Below, piece after piece: positions 51,495 to 64,000 of a stretch of DNA of 64,000 bases. Source of the DNA: Octopus bimaculoides (taxonomy: Eukaryota). Both the position numbers and the translations under genes were made by a program. The notes under the pieces were generated by a model that saw only the letters and a list, made by a program, of their open reading frames with translations, made no database searches and was not told where the DNA came from. Location: positions 26,194,961 to 26,258,960 of the forward strand of contig NC_069002.1 in the NCBI RefSeq assembly GCF_001194135.2, read 5' to 3'. The number at the start of each line of letters is the position of its first letter. Position 1 is the first letter of the stretch.

Positions 51495-51553
51495 CTGCAG
51501 TTTAACACAAAGTCCCTTATCTGTCCCTTACTCTCTGTGGAAGCTGGACACTT
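51495..51553 (-). CDS. Weak candidate exon (KCPASTESKGQIRDFVLNC)
   Basis: Good donor CAG|GTGAGT, poor pyrimidine tract, one open frame. Confidence 0.2.
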
Positions 51554-52454
51554 CTATTTGCTGTAATTGCTTCACAATGTCATTAATCTTAGACATTTAT
51601 CAAATGAGTTCTTTCTTCAAACTGCTGTCTTTAGGATGTGCCATTTGATTTTGGTAAATTTGCTCTTTTATTCCATTGCTTGTTTCAGTCACCGGGAAGA
51701 TGGCTATGCCTGTCATAGCACTGCTTCTTTTGTCAATCATATCAGCACCAGTTTATTTTAGATTAGTACTGATTCTATCAACCTCTGATTATCAAATAAT
51801 TGATTTACCTTTTGACAGAAGAATTCCAACCACATTTCATGGTTCATTACCTCAACAGTTCCTTTATAGAATCCAGTGGCTAAGGCCATCATCAGGAGGA
51901 ACCACGTCCAGTTTCAGCCCCTACTCCTCTACTGTTTCCAATGTGGTGCCCTCCACCTTTTGGAGGTGTCTTCAGCTCTGGTTTTGAGTGCGTTTTTTTG
52001 TCTTTTTTCTTTGGCTTTTTGTTCTTTGGTTTCTCCGATGCAGCTTCAACAAATGTCAGCAGGTGAATGACCACCCTGGCAAACTTCCCTTCGAATACTC
52101 ACCGGTAGGATCCAGCAGCCATATAATCCTCACTACTTGACACAATGGGTCACTCCAGTATACACAAACATAGGAACGTATACCCATATAAACATGTGCA
52201 TACATGCATGTAGATAATCAACATGCATGTACTTCACAGTACACATCAGAACACGTAAAAAAATGCAGGAATTTTCAATGAATGACCTCAGTAAATAATT
52301 AAAATGACAACAGTAATGATAGAATCTTAAATATATCATACAAAAGGATATTTTTATGATATGACATGAATAATATACTTTTGGTGTCAAATGGTATTAC
52401 ACAAATAAATAATTGGTTGTTGTTATCACAGAAATATAATATTGCAGAATAATA

Positions 52455-53025
52455 CGAGGGTTTGAGTCAAATTGTAATGCCATTTTGTTTAGGACAGGTA
52501 TAATTACCAACACAGGAACATGTATCATACATCAAAATGAAGCTGGTCCTCTGTGGATCACATCCCTACTTCTCAACATAGTCACCGTTTCTCTCAATAG
52601 CAATGTTCCACCTTCGAATAAGAGCATGTATCCCTGCCCTGTAAAATTCTGTTGACTGTTCTTTGAGCCACTTCTTCACTACAGTTTTCACTTCCTCATC
52701 ACTGGAATAATTTAGCGCCTTCAGACTATCATCTCTTTGGCCCCACAAAAGAGGGTTTGAGAGGCAAACATTATTCCAGTGATGAGGAAGTGAAAACTGT
52801 AGTGAAGAAGTGGCTCAAAGAACAGTCAACATAATTTTATGGGACAGGGATACATGTTCTCATTCGAAGGTGGAACATTGCTATTGAGAGAAACGGTGAC
52901 TATGTTGAGAAGTAGGGATGTGATCCACAGAGGACCAGCTTCATTTTGATGTATGATACATGTTCCTGTGTTGGTAATTATAACCTGTCCTAAACAAAAT
53001 GGCATTACTTTTAGACTCATCCTCG
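52455..53025. mobile_element. Palindromic mariner MITE made of two 3' ends
   Basis: TA TSDs, TIR CGAGGGTTTGAGTC/GACTCATCCTCG; about 255-bp inverted arms encoding YSSDEEVKTVVKKWLKEQS...GDYVEK*; right arm also PSDYHLFG. Confidence 0.9.
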
Positions 53026-53329
53026 TATATGTTAATACAGAATGCACTCCATACTACTTAAATGTAGATATGATATTTAGTATTGCACTGATCAACTACT
53101 GACTGTTAAACCAACACATGTCAAACTAACACGGTTTACTATGCCCCTGGCATTTCTTATTGTAATCTGTTAGTCCACCTTCTGTAATGTGAGGGTGTTT
53201 TGGATTTTCCTATAACAGTGTATATAATTCAGGACATAAAGTTGTTTCAATTTTTTTTTTTTTGGATACATCACATTAGAAGGAATGGAATAAATTTATA
53301 CACACACACACACATAAAATTATATATAT

Positions 53330-53369
<40 letters not shown>

Positions 53370-53933
53370 CTAGGTCATTGTGATTTGATCTAAAGTGAAC
53401 AGGACAAACCCATTGCATATGTATTCTTAAATTCTGTCTTACAGATACTGTTTCACAAAATCACAAATGCTCAACTGCGCAAAATATAAATTTTTTTTAA
53501 AATTCAGACCTGCCCACTGGGACTGAATTTAGAAACACGTAGCTGTTAAATCAACATTTAAACCACACAGCTCAGCTTATCTCAAGTTTTAAATATTCTT
53601 CACATAAATCAGAGTTCTCTTTAGTGATATTACTCAATATAAACAAACAAACCATGACATGCAGTAAAATAAACATGTATATTTAAATTCAGTCAGCATG
53701 CAATTTTGATATATGTGCTTGTGTTTTTGTAGGTACATGTGTGTGTGTGTTTGTGTGTGTGTGTAAGTTAAATTTAAAATAGAAAAATAAGGTTTAGAAA
53801 GGAGACATTAAAATGCAGTATTCAAACCTTGTTTCAGATAAGTTCCACGTAGTGTACACTCCGTCTTCCATATCAATCATTTAAAATGTGTGTGTGTGTG
53901 TGTGTAAATATATATAATATATATATATATATA

Positions 53934-53975
<42 letters not shown>

Positions 53976-54699
53976 TATATATATATATAAACTTATAAAG
54001 ACAGAGAGAGATAAGTATATATTTTCTCTCCCTGTTTATTTTTGTGTTCCTTTCTGTCGAAGAGCGTAGGCTCGAAATGTAAAAGACTTTCTCACTTCCC
54101 GAGCGTTAAACTAATACATCTGTTTGTTGTTTACACACCCATCTTATGTTTTTTGTAAATTCTCACTAAGTTTATATATATATATATATATATACATATA
54201 TATATGCATATTTTATTGTGTATGTCAGGTGTGTCAGTTTGGGGTAGCCATAAAAAATGCAGTTTTGACAAAGCTCTCTTATGGTATTTCATCCAAGTTT
54301 TTTTTTTCCTTGTTTTAGTCTAGAGGATGGCTCTCCAGCCATGACCTTTACAACTCTCATTAACAATTCTCTTAAAATGTTGCAAGTATTTTGCTAAAAA
54401 AACATGTGCAGAGAGGGAATTCCAGAAGGCCAGTGTTCCGGAGAAGAAGGATTGGATATTGTAATTGGTGTGCAGGCTGGTGAGAGTGGAGAGTGTAATA
54501 TGGAGGATAAGTGGAAGAGGAGGAAAGATGAATGATTCAGAAGGGTTTGAGTCAAGATGGCACAAGACTTGTCAGTTCTTATAAGCAGAGGCCATTATAG
54601 TAGTGGTGCCAAAAGCAGAGAGAGGACATAACGTGTATGTGAGATAGAGTTTAGGGTGTGATTGTGAGTGATTTTATGATAATCAGTTGAGCGAGTTTA

Positions 54700-54990
54700 T
54701 CTGTCAGTTACGATGACAAGTATTCCAGTTGATCTGATCATTGGAACATCCTGCTCATGAAATTAATATACAAGTGGCTCAGTACTCCTTTACGTAGTTC
54801 TCAGGGAGATTCAGTGTGACACAGAGTGTGACAAGGCTGGCCCCTTTGAATTACAGGTACTACTCATTTTTGCCAGCTGAGTGGACTGAAGCAATGTGAA
54901 ATAAATTGTCTTGCTCAAGGACATGACGCGTCGCCAGGAATTGAACTCACCCCCTTATGATTGTGAGCCAAATACCCCTAACCACTAAGC
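54700..54990 (-). mobile_element. Hybrid SINE: family C-type head with family B-type tail
   Basis: CCAGTTGATCTGATC..GAAATTAAT (B tail) joined to CAGCTGAGTGGACTGAAGCAATGTGAAAT (C core). Confidence 0.6.
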
Positions 54991-55351
54991 CATATCTAGG
55001 GTGTCTGTGATGTAGCAGTTGTACTTTTAGTGTGTGTCTTACTCAGAATTTCTAGAAAGGTTAGTAACTGTTGGGGCTGGAAGTATTTTGTGGTGAAGAT
55101 CTTCAGTGTTAGCGAAGTTTAGCATTTGAAGAATTTGTAGATATTGTTCTAGTTGTGTGCTCTTAGAGTTCAAAGGGTTTGAGGTACAATGATATTTATT
55201 GCTGTGTGCGGTGATTGTGTTTTTTTAGGCATCAAAGGAAATGAGATTAGCACACACCTATTGGAGGAAGAAAAGAAAAATTACTGGCCTTGTGCTAAAA
55301 TTTGAAACCGTTTATACTTCCATAAATCAATGTTTTGATTTATAACATTGT

Positions 55352-55391
55352 TTGCTAATTCTTTGTTCTTTTCCATTTTTTTCAGGTAAGT
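55352..55391 (+). other. Candidate recursive splice site (AG|GTAAGT at 55385/55386)
   Basis: Branch-like TTGCTAAT, pyrimidine tract, CAG immediately followed by GTAAGT. Confidence 0.35.
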
Positions 55392-55666
55392 TGATATCCT
55401 TGCATGTCTACCTGTCTGTCTTGGTAAGAACAATTAATTCCACTACAAAAATGGTATGTTTCTTCATCATGTCTATATCTGAATGTCCTTGTTATGTACT
55501 TGCTTGTGGGCGTTGACTCCAGCTCAAAAACAAATTTCCCTCATGACAATTTGCGTACCAATTCTGAGACAATGAGTACAGTCATGCGTCTCACATAAAC
55601 TCACTCACTTACATCATACAGGTCTAACTACTAGGCTTAAACATCCCCATGGGATTAATTCTTTAG

Positions 55667-56050
55667 CAATAGGGGTTCTCAACCATTTTTTTGTCTATGG
55701 ACCCCTTTGATTACTATTTTATTTTGGTGGACCCCCATAGCCATTTGATGTTTAAAAACTTTAAAGAAACGTCTTTTAAAATTCTTTTGTTTTCCTCGCA
55801 TTGACTTGTGAAGGTTGAACTCTGTAAAATGTTAAAGAAAGGAACCTGTTCCTCGCCATAAATACCAATACAAGATACATCGAAAACAAAATTTTTTCAG
55901 GGGCACTTACAATATTATTGTGGATCCCCAATTGACTATTTTGTTTTGTGGACCCCAACAAAATCTCATATGGACAATCAGGGACCATATGGACGATTAG
56001 GTGTCACATGGATGATTGGGGGTCATATGACCCCTGGTTGAAGAGCATTG
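55667..56050. mobile_element. hAT-like MITE
   Basis: AGGGGTTCTCAACC ... GGTTGAAGAGCATTG ends; related to 49896-50120. Confidence 0.6.
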
Positions 56051-56502
56051 CTTAAATCAGCCATGTCTGGCCCAAATATTTCACCTGTTTAATGTTGAAA
56101 CTAGCCAGATCCAGCCTCTCACACCTATCCTACAATGTCATTCTAAAAGTAAGCAATCACTTGAAATCTCAAAGCTACAAGATAATGCATGATTAATTCA
56201 ACTCAAGGTGAATAAATAAGCATTAGATTTGACAGAGTAACCTGAAAGCTGAAGGGTTAACTTACATGCACGCACACTTATATACACAACTACTTCTATA
56301 AACACACGGACACACACATTGCTATCACCATGCGTACACGTACAAATATCTGCAAACTTTCAGAGGATTTTCTTAAACTTTTGATTTGTGTGTGTGTGTT
56401 GTATACGAAGTGAAGATAAATTCAGAAGATATTTTTTTTCATTAATTTTATCTATTTTTTTTAAAAGCTCATTTATTGAACTATTGTGCATACCCTTGAT
56501 GA

Positions 56503-56539
<37 letters not shown>

Positions 56540-56596
56540 TTGGTGCCACAAAAAAAAAATAACCAAAAAACATTTCTGTGTGTTGGATGTGTTGGG

Positions 56597-56641
<45 letters not shown>

Positions 56642-57284
56642 TCTGTGTGTGTAAATATATAATATATATTTACCTATTGATACACACACACACACACACA
56701 CACACGTATATATATCAAAGTTTGTATATCAGTAGGTAAATAAGATAAAAATTTATTTGTAAAAAAAGAAAAAAGACCTTGGTGGATACAATTAAATTAT
56801 TGCTGGAAGAAAGAAAGAAAACAAAAAAAAAGACAAAACATAATTCACCCCCCTCCACACAACCTAAAAAAAGCCGATAATTTATACGAAAATAAAAAAA
56901 GAAGTTAACTTTTATAAACGAATCTATCCCGATCTGACTGGTTATCTTTGTGTTAAGTTTGTGTAAGGTCCCTTATGTGCATCATCAATCTTAACCGAGA
57001 TTGTGAATGGCAATCATATAGGGAACCTATGTAAATATTTATCGAATTTCATAAGCATTGGTCTGGAAAGATAGGAGGAACTTTGGAACATTCTTCGAAA
57101 TATCTATTGCAGATTTGCTTCTCGCATCAGAGAAATTTCAAAAACCAAACAAATCATTTAACTCACAGTAGAATACAGAGTAGTAGTAGTAGTAGTAGTA
57201 GTAGTAGGTGGGGAGGGGGAGGAGGAGGAGGAGTAGTTGTTGGTTAGCTCTGGGTCAGCCCTGGGGTTAAACAGACATACGTCG

Positions 57285-58050
57285 TCAGCATCATCATCGT
57301 TTTAATGCCCACTATTGTTTGAATCATCATCATCATTGTCTAGCGTCCGTTGTCCATACTGGCATGGATTGAATGGTGTGACCAGAGTTGGCAAGCCGGG
57401 AGCGGGAGGGGGGAAATGCACCAGACTCCAGTCTGATTTGGCAAGGTTTCTATGGCTGGATGCCCTTCCTCATGCCAACCATTTTACAGAGTATGCTGGG
57501 TGCTTTTACATGGCACCACATGGGCTCTTTTACATGGCACTGCATGTGCTCTTTTATGATGTGCGACATCGACACTTTTATGTGGCACCTTACGGGTGTT
57601 ACATGACACTGCACATATGCTTTTATGTGGCACCGCATTGGCACTTTTACGTGAAACTGCATGAGTGCTTCTATGTGGCACCACCAGCGGGCTCGATCTG
57701 AACACTTCTGCTGTGGGGTATGGGTAATCTTCTTGATTATGGCCCACCAACAGGTATCTTGGTTCTTTGTCATTTCACCTGAAAGGTTCAGCTTCCTGAG
57801 GTCAGACTTCAGTACTTCATGCCATGTCTTCCAGGATCTCCCACTTCCACATGTTCCATCCACTTTGAAAGATTAGCACTTCTTTATGGAGCTGTCAGCA
57901 TCCGTCCGCTTCACATGACCAAACCAGTGAAATCTTCTTTCTTGCACACCGCAACCAATTCCCCTTATGCCTAACTTCTCTCTCAGAACACTAACACTCT
58001 GTCAAACATGTACGCTTACATTACACATCCAGCGGAACATATTAACCTTA
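57285..58050 (-). mobile_element. RTE LINE 3' portion with expanded about 22-bp repeat in the UTR
   Basis: GTCGSGRSWKTWHEVLKSDLRKLNLS; (GAT)n tail. Confidence 0.8.
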
Positions 58051-58314
58051 TTTAGCCTCGTTCTTTTAATATTTATAGAATTTGTTGAAACAGATTTTTT
58101 CTGCACGGGATGCTCTTCCAGTCACTAACCTTCGCCTGTTTCCAATCAAGTTAATAATATTTCCTCATGGCCAGACAGGAGGTTTCTGCAGAATATTGGT
58201 AAAAATAAGAAAATGAATGTTTTATACTGCTTGTATGGCGGTGATGCTCATTTACGACCATTATACAATCTCAAGACAAGGAGACACAAACATACACACT
58301 CAAACGAGCATGCA

Positions 58315-59225
58315 TAGGTGCAGGTGTGGCTGTGTGGTAAAAAGTTTGCTTCCCAACCACATGGCTCCAGGTTCTGTCCCACTGCATGCCACTTTGGGCA
58401 AACATCTACTATAGCCTTGGGCCAACCAAAGCCTTGTGAGTAGATTTTGTTGACGGAAACTAAAAGAAGCCCATAGCATATATTTGTGCCTGTGTTTGTC
58501 TCTCATCACTGTTTGGAAACTGGTGTTGGTATGTTTATGTTTGCATAACTTAGCGGTTCAGCCTAAATGATCGATGGAATAAATACCAAGCTTAAAAAAA
58601 ATTAATACTGGGGTTGATTCTTCCAGTTAAAATTCTTTGAGGTGATACTCCAGTATGGCCACAGTCTAATGACTGAAACAAGTAAAACGTACACATACAT
58701 ACATATAGGTGCAGGCTTACCAACCACATGGTTCTGGGTTCAGTCCCACTGCGTGGCACCTTGGGCAAGTGTCTTCTGCTATAGCCTCAGCCTGACCAAA
58801 GCCTTGTGAGTGGATTTGGTAGATGGAAACTGAAAGAAGCCCGTCATATATATATATATATATATATATANNNNNNNNNNNNNNNNNNNNNNNNNNNNNN
58901 NNNNNNNNNNNNNNNNNNNNNNNNNNNNNNNNNNNNNNNNNNNNNNNNNNNNNNNNNNNNNNNNNNNNNNNNNNNNNNNNNNNNNNNNNNNNNNATATAT
59001 ATGTATGTATTTGTGTGTCTGTGTTTGTCCCCCCCCCCCACCATTGCTTGACAACCGATGCTGGTGTGTTTATGTCCCCCTAACTTAGCAGTTTGGCATA
59101 AGTAACCGATAGAATACGCATTAGGCTTACAAAGAATAAGTCCTGGGGTCAATTTCCTCAACTAACACTTTTTAAGGTGGTGCTCCAGCATAGCTGAAGT
59201 CAAGTGACTGAAACAAATAAAAGAA
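58315..59225 (+). mobile_element. Two tandem SINE family A copies
   Basis: 58315-58690 and 58705-59225, each head to GACTGAAACAA tail. Confidence 0.85.
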
Positions 59226-59342
59226 TATATATGTGTGATGGGCTTCTTTCAGTTTCCACCGGCTAAATCTACACAATGAGATTTTGGTTAGACTTGAGCT
59301 ATACTAGGAAACATCTCCCGAAAGTGCTTTGAAATAGGATTG

Positions 59343-59590
59343 TAGAGGTACGTGGCTTAGTGGTTAGGGGTATTGGACTCATGATCGTAAGATTGTGGTT
59401 TCAATTTCTGGATCAGGCAACGTGTTGTGTTCTTGAACAAAACACGTTTCATGTTGCTCCAGTCCAGTCAGCTGGCAAAAATGAGTTAATCCTGTAATGG
59501 ACCAGTGTCACATCCAGGTGGATAATATATACACCACGGAAACTGGGAAACCAGCCTTATGAGTCAGTGTGACTCGAGAAGGTAACTTAA
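59343..59590 (+). mobile_element. SINE family C variant
   Basis: GTGGCTTAGTGGTTAGGG head, GTTGCTCCAGTCCAGTCAGCTGGCAAAAATGAGT core. Confidence 0.75.
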
Positions 59591-59800
59591 TCTTTACTAT
59601 GCACTGGGATTGAACTTGAAATCACATGGTTGGGAAGCAAACCTCTTAACCACCCAGCCATACCGATAATCAGACATTCAAACCATAATCAATCTGAACT
59701 TTTGTATATCCAAGACTACATCGTCCGTGGTATATATCTCAGGCAATAGGGGATGATCTGAGGGAGACTTGGCTGCTATGGCTAAGATAAACAACTGCAT

Positions 59801-59881
59801 CAGTGGTTCCCAACCTGTGGGGTCCGTGGATCCCTGGTGGTCTGCAAAAGTAGTACTGGGCATCCATGAGCTAAATTCAAA

Positions 59882-59927
<46 letters not shown>

Positions 59928-60011
59928 AGGATAAGCATATTAAAAGGGGTCCGTGAGAAAACTCGTTTAAATAAAAGGTTTCCTTGATAGTGAAAAGGTG
60001 GGGAACCATTG
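59801..60011. mobile_element. hAT-like MITE
   Basis: CAGTGGTTCCCAACC / GGTGGGAACCATTG; degraded TSD AACTGCAT vs AATTACAT (6/8). Confidence 0.75.
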
Positions 60012-60023
60012 AATTACATAGAA

Positions 60024-60746
60024 CAGTGTTTCTCAACCTTTTTAATATTCTGCCCAGATCCAAAACTTGGATTTGCTTTAGTGGGGGAGGGTGCTCCTAA
60101 AANNNNNNNNNNNNNNNNNNNNNNNNNNNNNNNNNNNNNNNNNNNNNNNNNNNNNNNNNNNNNNNNNNNNNNNNNNNNNNNNNNNNNNNNNNNNNNNNNN
60201 NNNNNNNNNNNNNNNNNNNNNNNNNNNNNNNNNNNNNNNNNNNNNNNNNNNNNNNNNNNNNNNNNNNNNNNNNNNNNNNNNNNNNNNNNNNNNNNNNNNN
60301 NNNNNNNNNNNNNNNNNNNNNNNNNNNNNNNNNNNNNNNNNNNNNNNNNNNNNNNNNNNNNNNNNNNNNNNNNNNNNNNNNNNNNNNNNNNNNNNNNNNN
60401 NNNNNNNNNNNNNNNNNNNNNNNNNNNNNNNNNNNNNNNNNNNNNNNNNNNNNNNNNNNNNNNNNNNNNNNNNNNNNNNNNNNNNNNNNNNNNNNNNNNN
60501 NNNNNNNNNNNNNNNNNNNNNNNNNNNNNNNNNNNNNNNNNNNNNNNNNNNNNNNNNNNNNNNNNNNNNNNNNNNNNNNNNNNNNNNNNNNNNNNNNNNN
60601 NNNNNNNNNNNNNNNNNNNNNNNNNNNNNNNNNNNNNNNNNNNNNNNNNNNNNNNNNNNNNNNNNNNNNNNNNNNNNNNNAATAACCCTGGGCCAACCAA
60701 AGTTTTATGAGTGGATTTGATAGACAGAAACTGAAAGAAGTCTGCT

Positions 60747-60788
<42 letters not shown>

Positions 60789-61052
60789 ACATGATGATAT
60801 AGTATGAAAGTGTGTGTTTGTGTCACCTTGTCTTGACACAGCATAATAGTTGTAAATGAGAGTCACTGTCATACAAGCAGAGTCATTCATTTCCAATATT
60901 CTGCGAAAATATGTGNNNNNNNNNNGGGAGGGTGCTCCTAAAAAAGTAACCCACAAGTCAGTTAAAGAAAATTTTATATTTATAGGCAGAAGGATGCTTA
61001 AGGGTCACCAGAAGGATGCTTGAGGGCTGCATACCATTGTTAAGAACTGCTG
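60024..61052. mobile_element. Probable hAT-like MITE with nested SINE, broken by gaps
   Basis: CAGTGTTTCTCAACC start, GTTAAGAACTGCTG end; no TSD match. Confidence 0.45.
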
Positions 61053-63625
61053 CTATGAGATCTTCCTTCATTACTAAAATATATTCATTCACCAGCAGGT
61101 CATTTTCCTGCCAATGGTGTCTGTCCAATGGCCTTGTAGTTCAGACATTCAGCCTGAGATCGTTGATGGATATGTGAACTTAATCCCACCATGTTATCAA
61201 GTTTCTGGGATTAAATCCCTCCCGAGAATGTAAATATGTTGTGATTGCGTTCCATGCTGAAGCTAATCTGAGACATAATCCACTCTTTAGAGTATCAGCA
61301 ATGGTTGAACACCACCACTATTTAATATGTCACATTATCAAATTGGTTCTGTGCGTGTGTGTGTGTGTGTGAGTGCGCGTGTGTGTGTGTGTGAGNNNNN
61401 NNNNNNNNNNNNNNNNNNNNNNNNNNNNNNNNNNNNNNNNNNNNNNNNNNNNNNNNNNNNNNNNNNNNNNNNNNNNNNNNNNNNNNNNNNNNNNNNNNNN
61501 NNNNNNNNNNNNNNNNNNNNNNNNNNNNNNNNNNNNNNNNNNNNNNNNNNNNNNNNNNNNNNNNNNNNNNNNNNNNNNNNNNNNNNNNNNNNNNNNNNNN
61601 NNNNNNNNNNNNNNNNNNNNNNNNNNNNNNNNNNNNNNNNNNNNNNNNNNNNNNNNNNNNNNNNNNNNNNNNNNNNNNNNNNNNNNNNNNNNNNNNNNNN
61701 NNNNNNNNNNNNNNNNNNNNNNNNNNNNNNNNNNNNNNNNNNNNNNNNNNNNNNNNNNNNNNNNNNNNNNNNNNNNNNNNNNNNNNNNNNNNNNNNNNNN
61801 NNNNNNNNNNNNNNNNNNNNNNNNNNNNNNNNNNNNNNNNNNNNNNNNNNNNNNNNNNNNNNNNNNNNNNNNNNNNNNNNNNNNNNNNNNNNNNNNNNNN
61901 NNNNNNNNNNNNNNNNNNNNNNNNNNNNNNNNNNNNNNNNNNNNNNNNNNNNNNNNNNNNNNNNNNNNNNNNNNNNNNNNNNNNNNNNNNNNNNNNNNNN
62001 NNNNNNNNNNNNNNNNNNNNNNNNNNNNNNNNNNNNNNNNNNNNNNNNNNNNNNNNNNNNNNNNNNNNNNNNNNNNNNNNNNNNNNNNNNNNNNNNNNNN
62101 NNNNNNNNNNNNNNNNNNNNNNNNNNNNNNNNNNNNNNNNNNNNNNNNNNNNNNNNNNNNNNNNNNNNNNNNNNNNNNNNNNNNNNNNNNNNNNNNNAAT
62201 CCTCTTTCTTCCCCCAACCATGCCTCTTATCTCTAAAAAAAAGACCTAACCTCTAGAACTTAACCTCTAGAAACGGCCGTTGGTATACTATTTTAACAAC
62301 TTTCAACTATCCTGACTTTTAATTTGTTTCCTCCTTGTATCCTTTATTTCGCCTTCATCACTACTTCAGACCTTCTTCAATATATTTAAATATACATGTA
62401 TGTTTTAATATATTTATGCCTACATCTAAAATTTAAAAAAAATCTATTGTCTTGCATTTATAATTTTGATATATTTATTTCTTTATAGATTTTAAAAAAA
62501 TGTCTATGTATTTATATATTTTTAATGTATCATGTATATACTTGTTCATTAAATTCATCTGACACCGGAATTATGTTTATGGATTAAATTACCTGGTCCT
62601 ATGTTTCTTCATATTATATATGTTCATCTTTTGTCTCAAGTTTTTCTTGAGCACTTCTAAGTGCAAACCTTATTTCTGTGAAAGAATTCCTGATTATTCA
62701 TATTCTTTCTCAAAACAGTTATACATACATACATATACGTATAACCATAAATCCAGGAGGTATGAGAGATGAATATTTTGATCTAATCATGTGACATCCA
62801 TAGGGTTACAGCTGTTTCACAACCTTCTTAATGTATAATTAATTTCAGCATGAAAGAAATTATGCTTACATTTTTGCCTTCTCTGAAACTTGTGGATCCA
62901 TTGAACATTGTCTCTAATTTTAGTTATGTCCGTTTAAGGCTGTAAAATGTCTGACTTTCTACTTTCCACACGCTTTGTGTTCTGAAATCTTTAGTCCTTA
63001 TAACATATCCTATGAACTTATAATTTACTATACCCTATTTCATATCAACGTCTTCTATTTTAAAATGCCTATGTATTTATAAAGGTTTTTATACATTTTT
63101 AAATATCTAAGTGTTTTTAAATATTCTAACTGCTTGTATTCTGACCTCTAAATTTTTATTCCTCTATAGTATATCGTGTGAACTTATAACTCACTATGTT
63201 TTATATCATATCAACGTTTTTATATCTTATTATGTGTATATTTTGTACTTATTTTACTTATATATTTTTAAAAATGCCTATGTATTTATAAATGTTTTGA
63301 AATATTTTTAGATATTTGCGGGCTTATAAAAATATATATATGTCTATATGCTTGTATCTTAATACTTCTATTATATTGAGCTTTATGCCGCTTTATTAAT
63401 GTCGAAGTAAGTGTGCATATATATTGAATATTCTACTGGATAATAGGTCATGTCCCTCTAGTTTTCCGCTCGTATTGCCTCCACTTAAATTATAAATTAC
63501 ATACATATATACATATATATACTAAAAATAATAGAATCAACAGTACTCGGGTGAAAGGGATCGGAAAAATTCCCTCACATACCTATTTAGCATAATGCTA
63601 TATATTTCTTGGTATTAGTATACAT

Positions 63626-63672
63626 GTGGACTGGTTTCTGGTTTGATACAACAATCTTACTTTCATCAGCAC
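63626..63672 (-). ncRNA. Degenerate hammerhead-like fold
   Basis: GTG-CTGATGA-...-GAAAC-CA-GTC-CAC; stem II weak. Confidence 0.35.
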
Positions 63673-63758
63673 GTATTAACCTTTTAAAAAATTTTCCCAA
63701 TCCGCCAAGCTGAAAACTGTTGGTGTCCTGAATTGTTTTGCACCAAAATCAGGACAGC

Positions 63759-63804
<46 letters not shown>

Positions 63805-64000
63805 GTATATAATACTGAGATTCAGTTGAATTAGATACTTAAGTTGAAGCACCAAGTTAGTGTGGTATCATCCGTATAACTCAAAGTGAGGTGAATAAAA
63901 TCAAAATAAGCAACAGGATATCAAAAGGTTATGCAGTACAACCGTTTCAAGCGGCTCTATTTAATTGAACAATGCATTTATTATATCAATTTAAATGCAG

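Noticed and set aside
51860-52135. Lys-rich minus ORF (KPKNKKPKKKDKK) with CTGATGA and GAAAC motifs and a GTGAGT donor
   Set aside because: Motif order does not give a valid hammerhead, no convincing acceptor, no recognisable protein family.

Overview
Eukaryotic, AT-rich, gap-ridden (many N runs) non-coding window. Its SINE, RTE, MITE and microsatellite content resembles Octopus/coleoid cephalopod scaffolds; this is recognition from memory, not a search result. No complete protein-coding gene is supported: nearly all long ORFs in the track are microsatellite or N-gap artefacts, and the real coding remnants are all transposon-derived. These are RTE LINEs, a 2.4-kb 5'-truncated R4/Dong-clade RLE LINE with satellite copies, and three mariner/Tc1-type remnants. 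Around them are at least four tRNA-headed SINE families, hAT-type and piggyBac-type MITEs, and large CA/TA/TACA/GAT arrays. Most interesting: (1) every R4/Dong-like copy sits in or ends in (TACA)n, suggesting a microsatellite-targeting retroelement; (2) many distinct minimal type-I hammerhead ribozyme folds of the Penelope/retrozyme type, several in inverted pairs; (3) two Tc1/mariner derivatives built from two inverted 3' ends, one enclosing a captured LINE fragment; (4) splice-signal configurations suggesting micro-exons (minus strand) and a recursive AG|GTAAGT site (plus strand) of an unidentified long-intron host transcript. Repeat boundaries are read by eye and are approximate unless a TSD/TIR is quoted.
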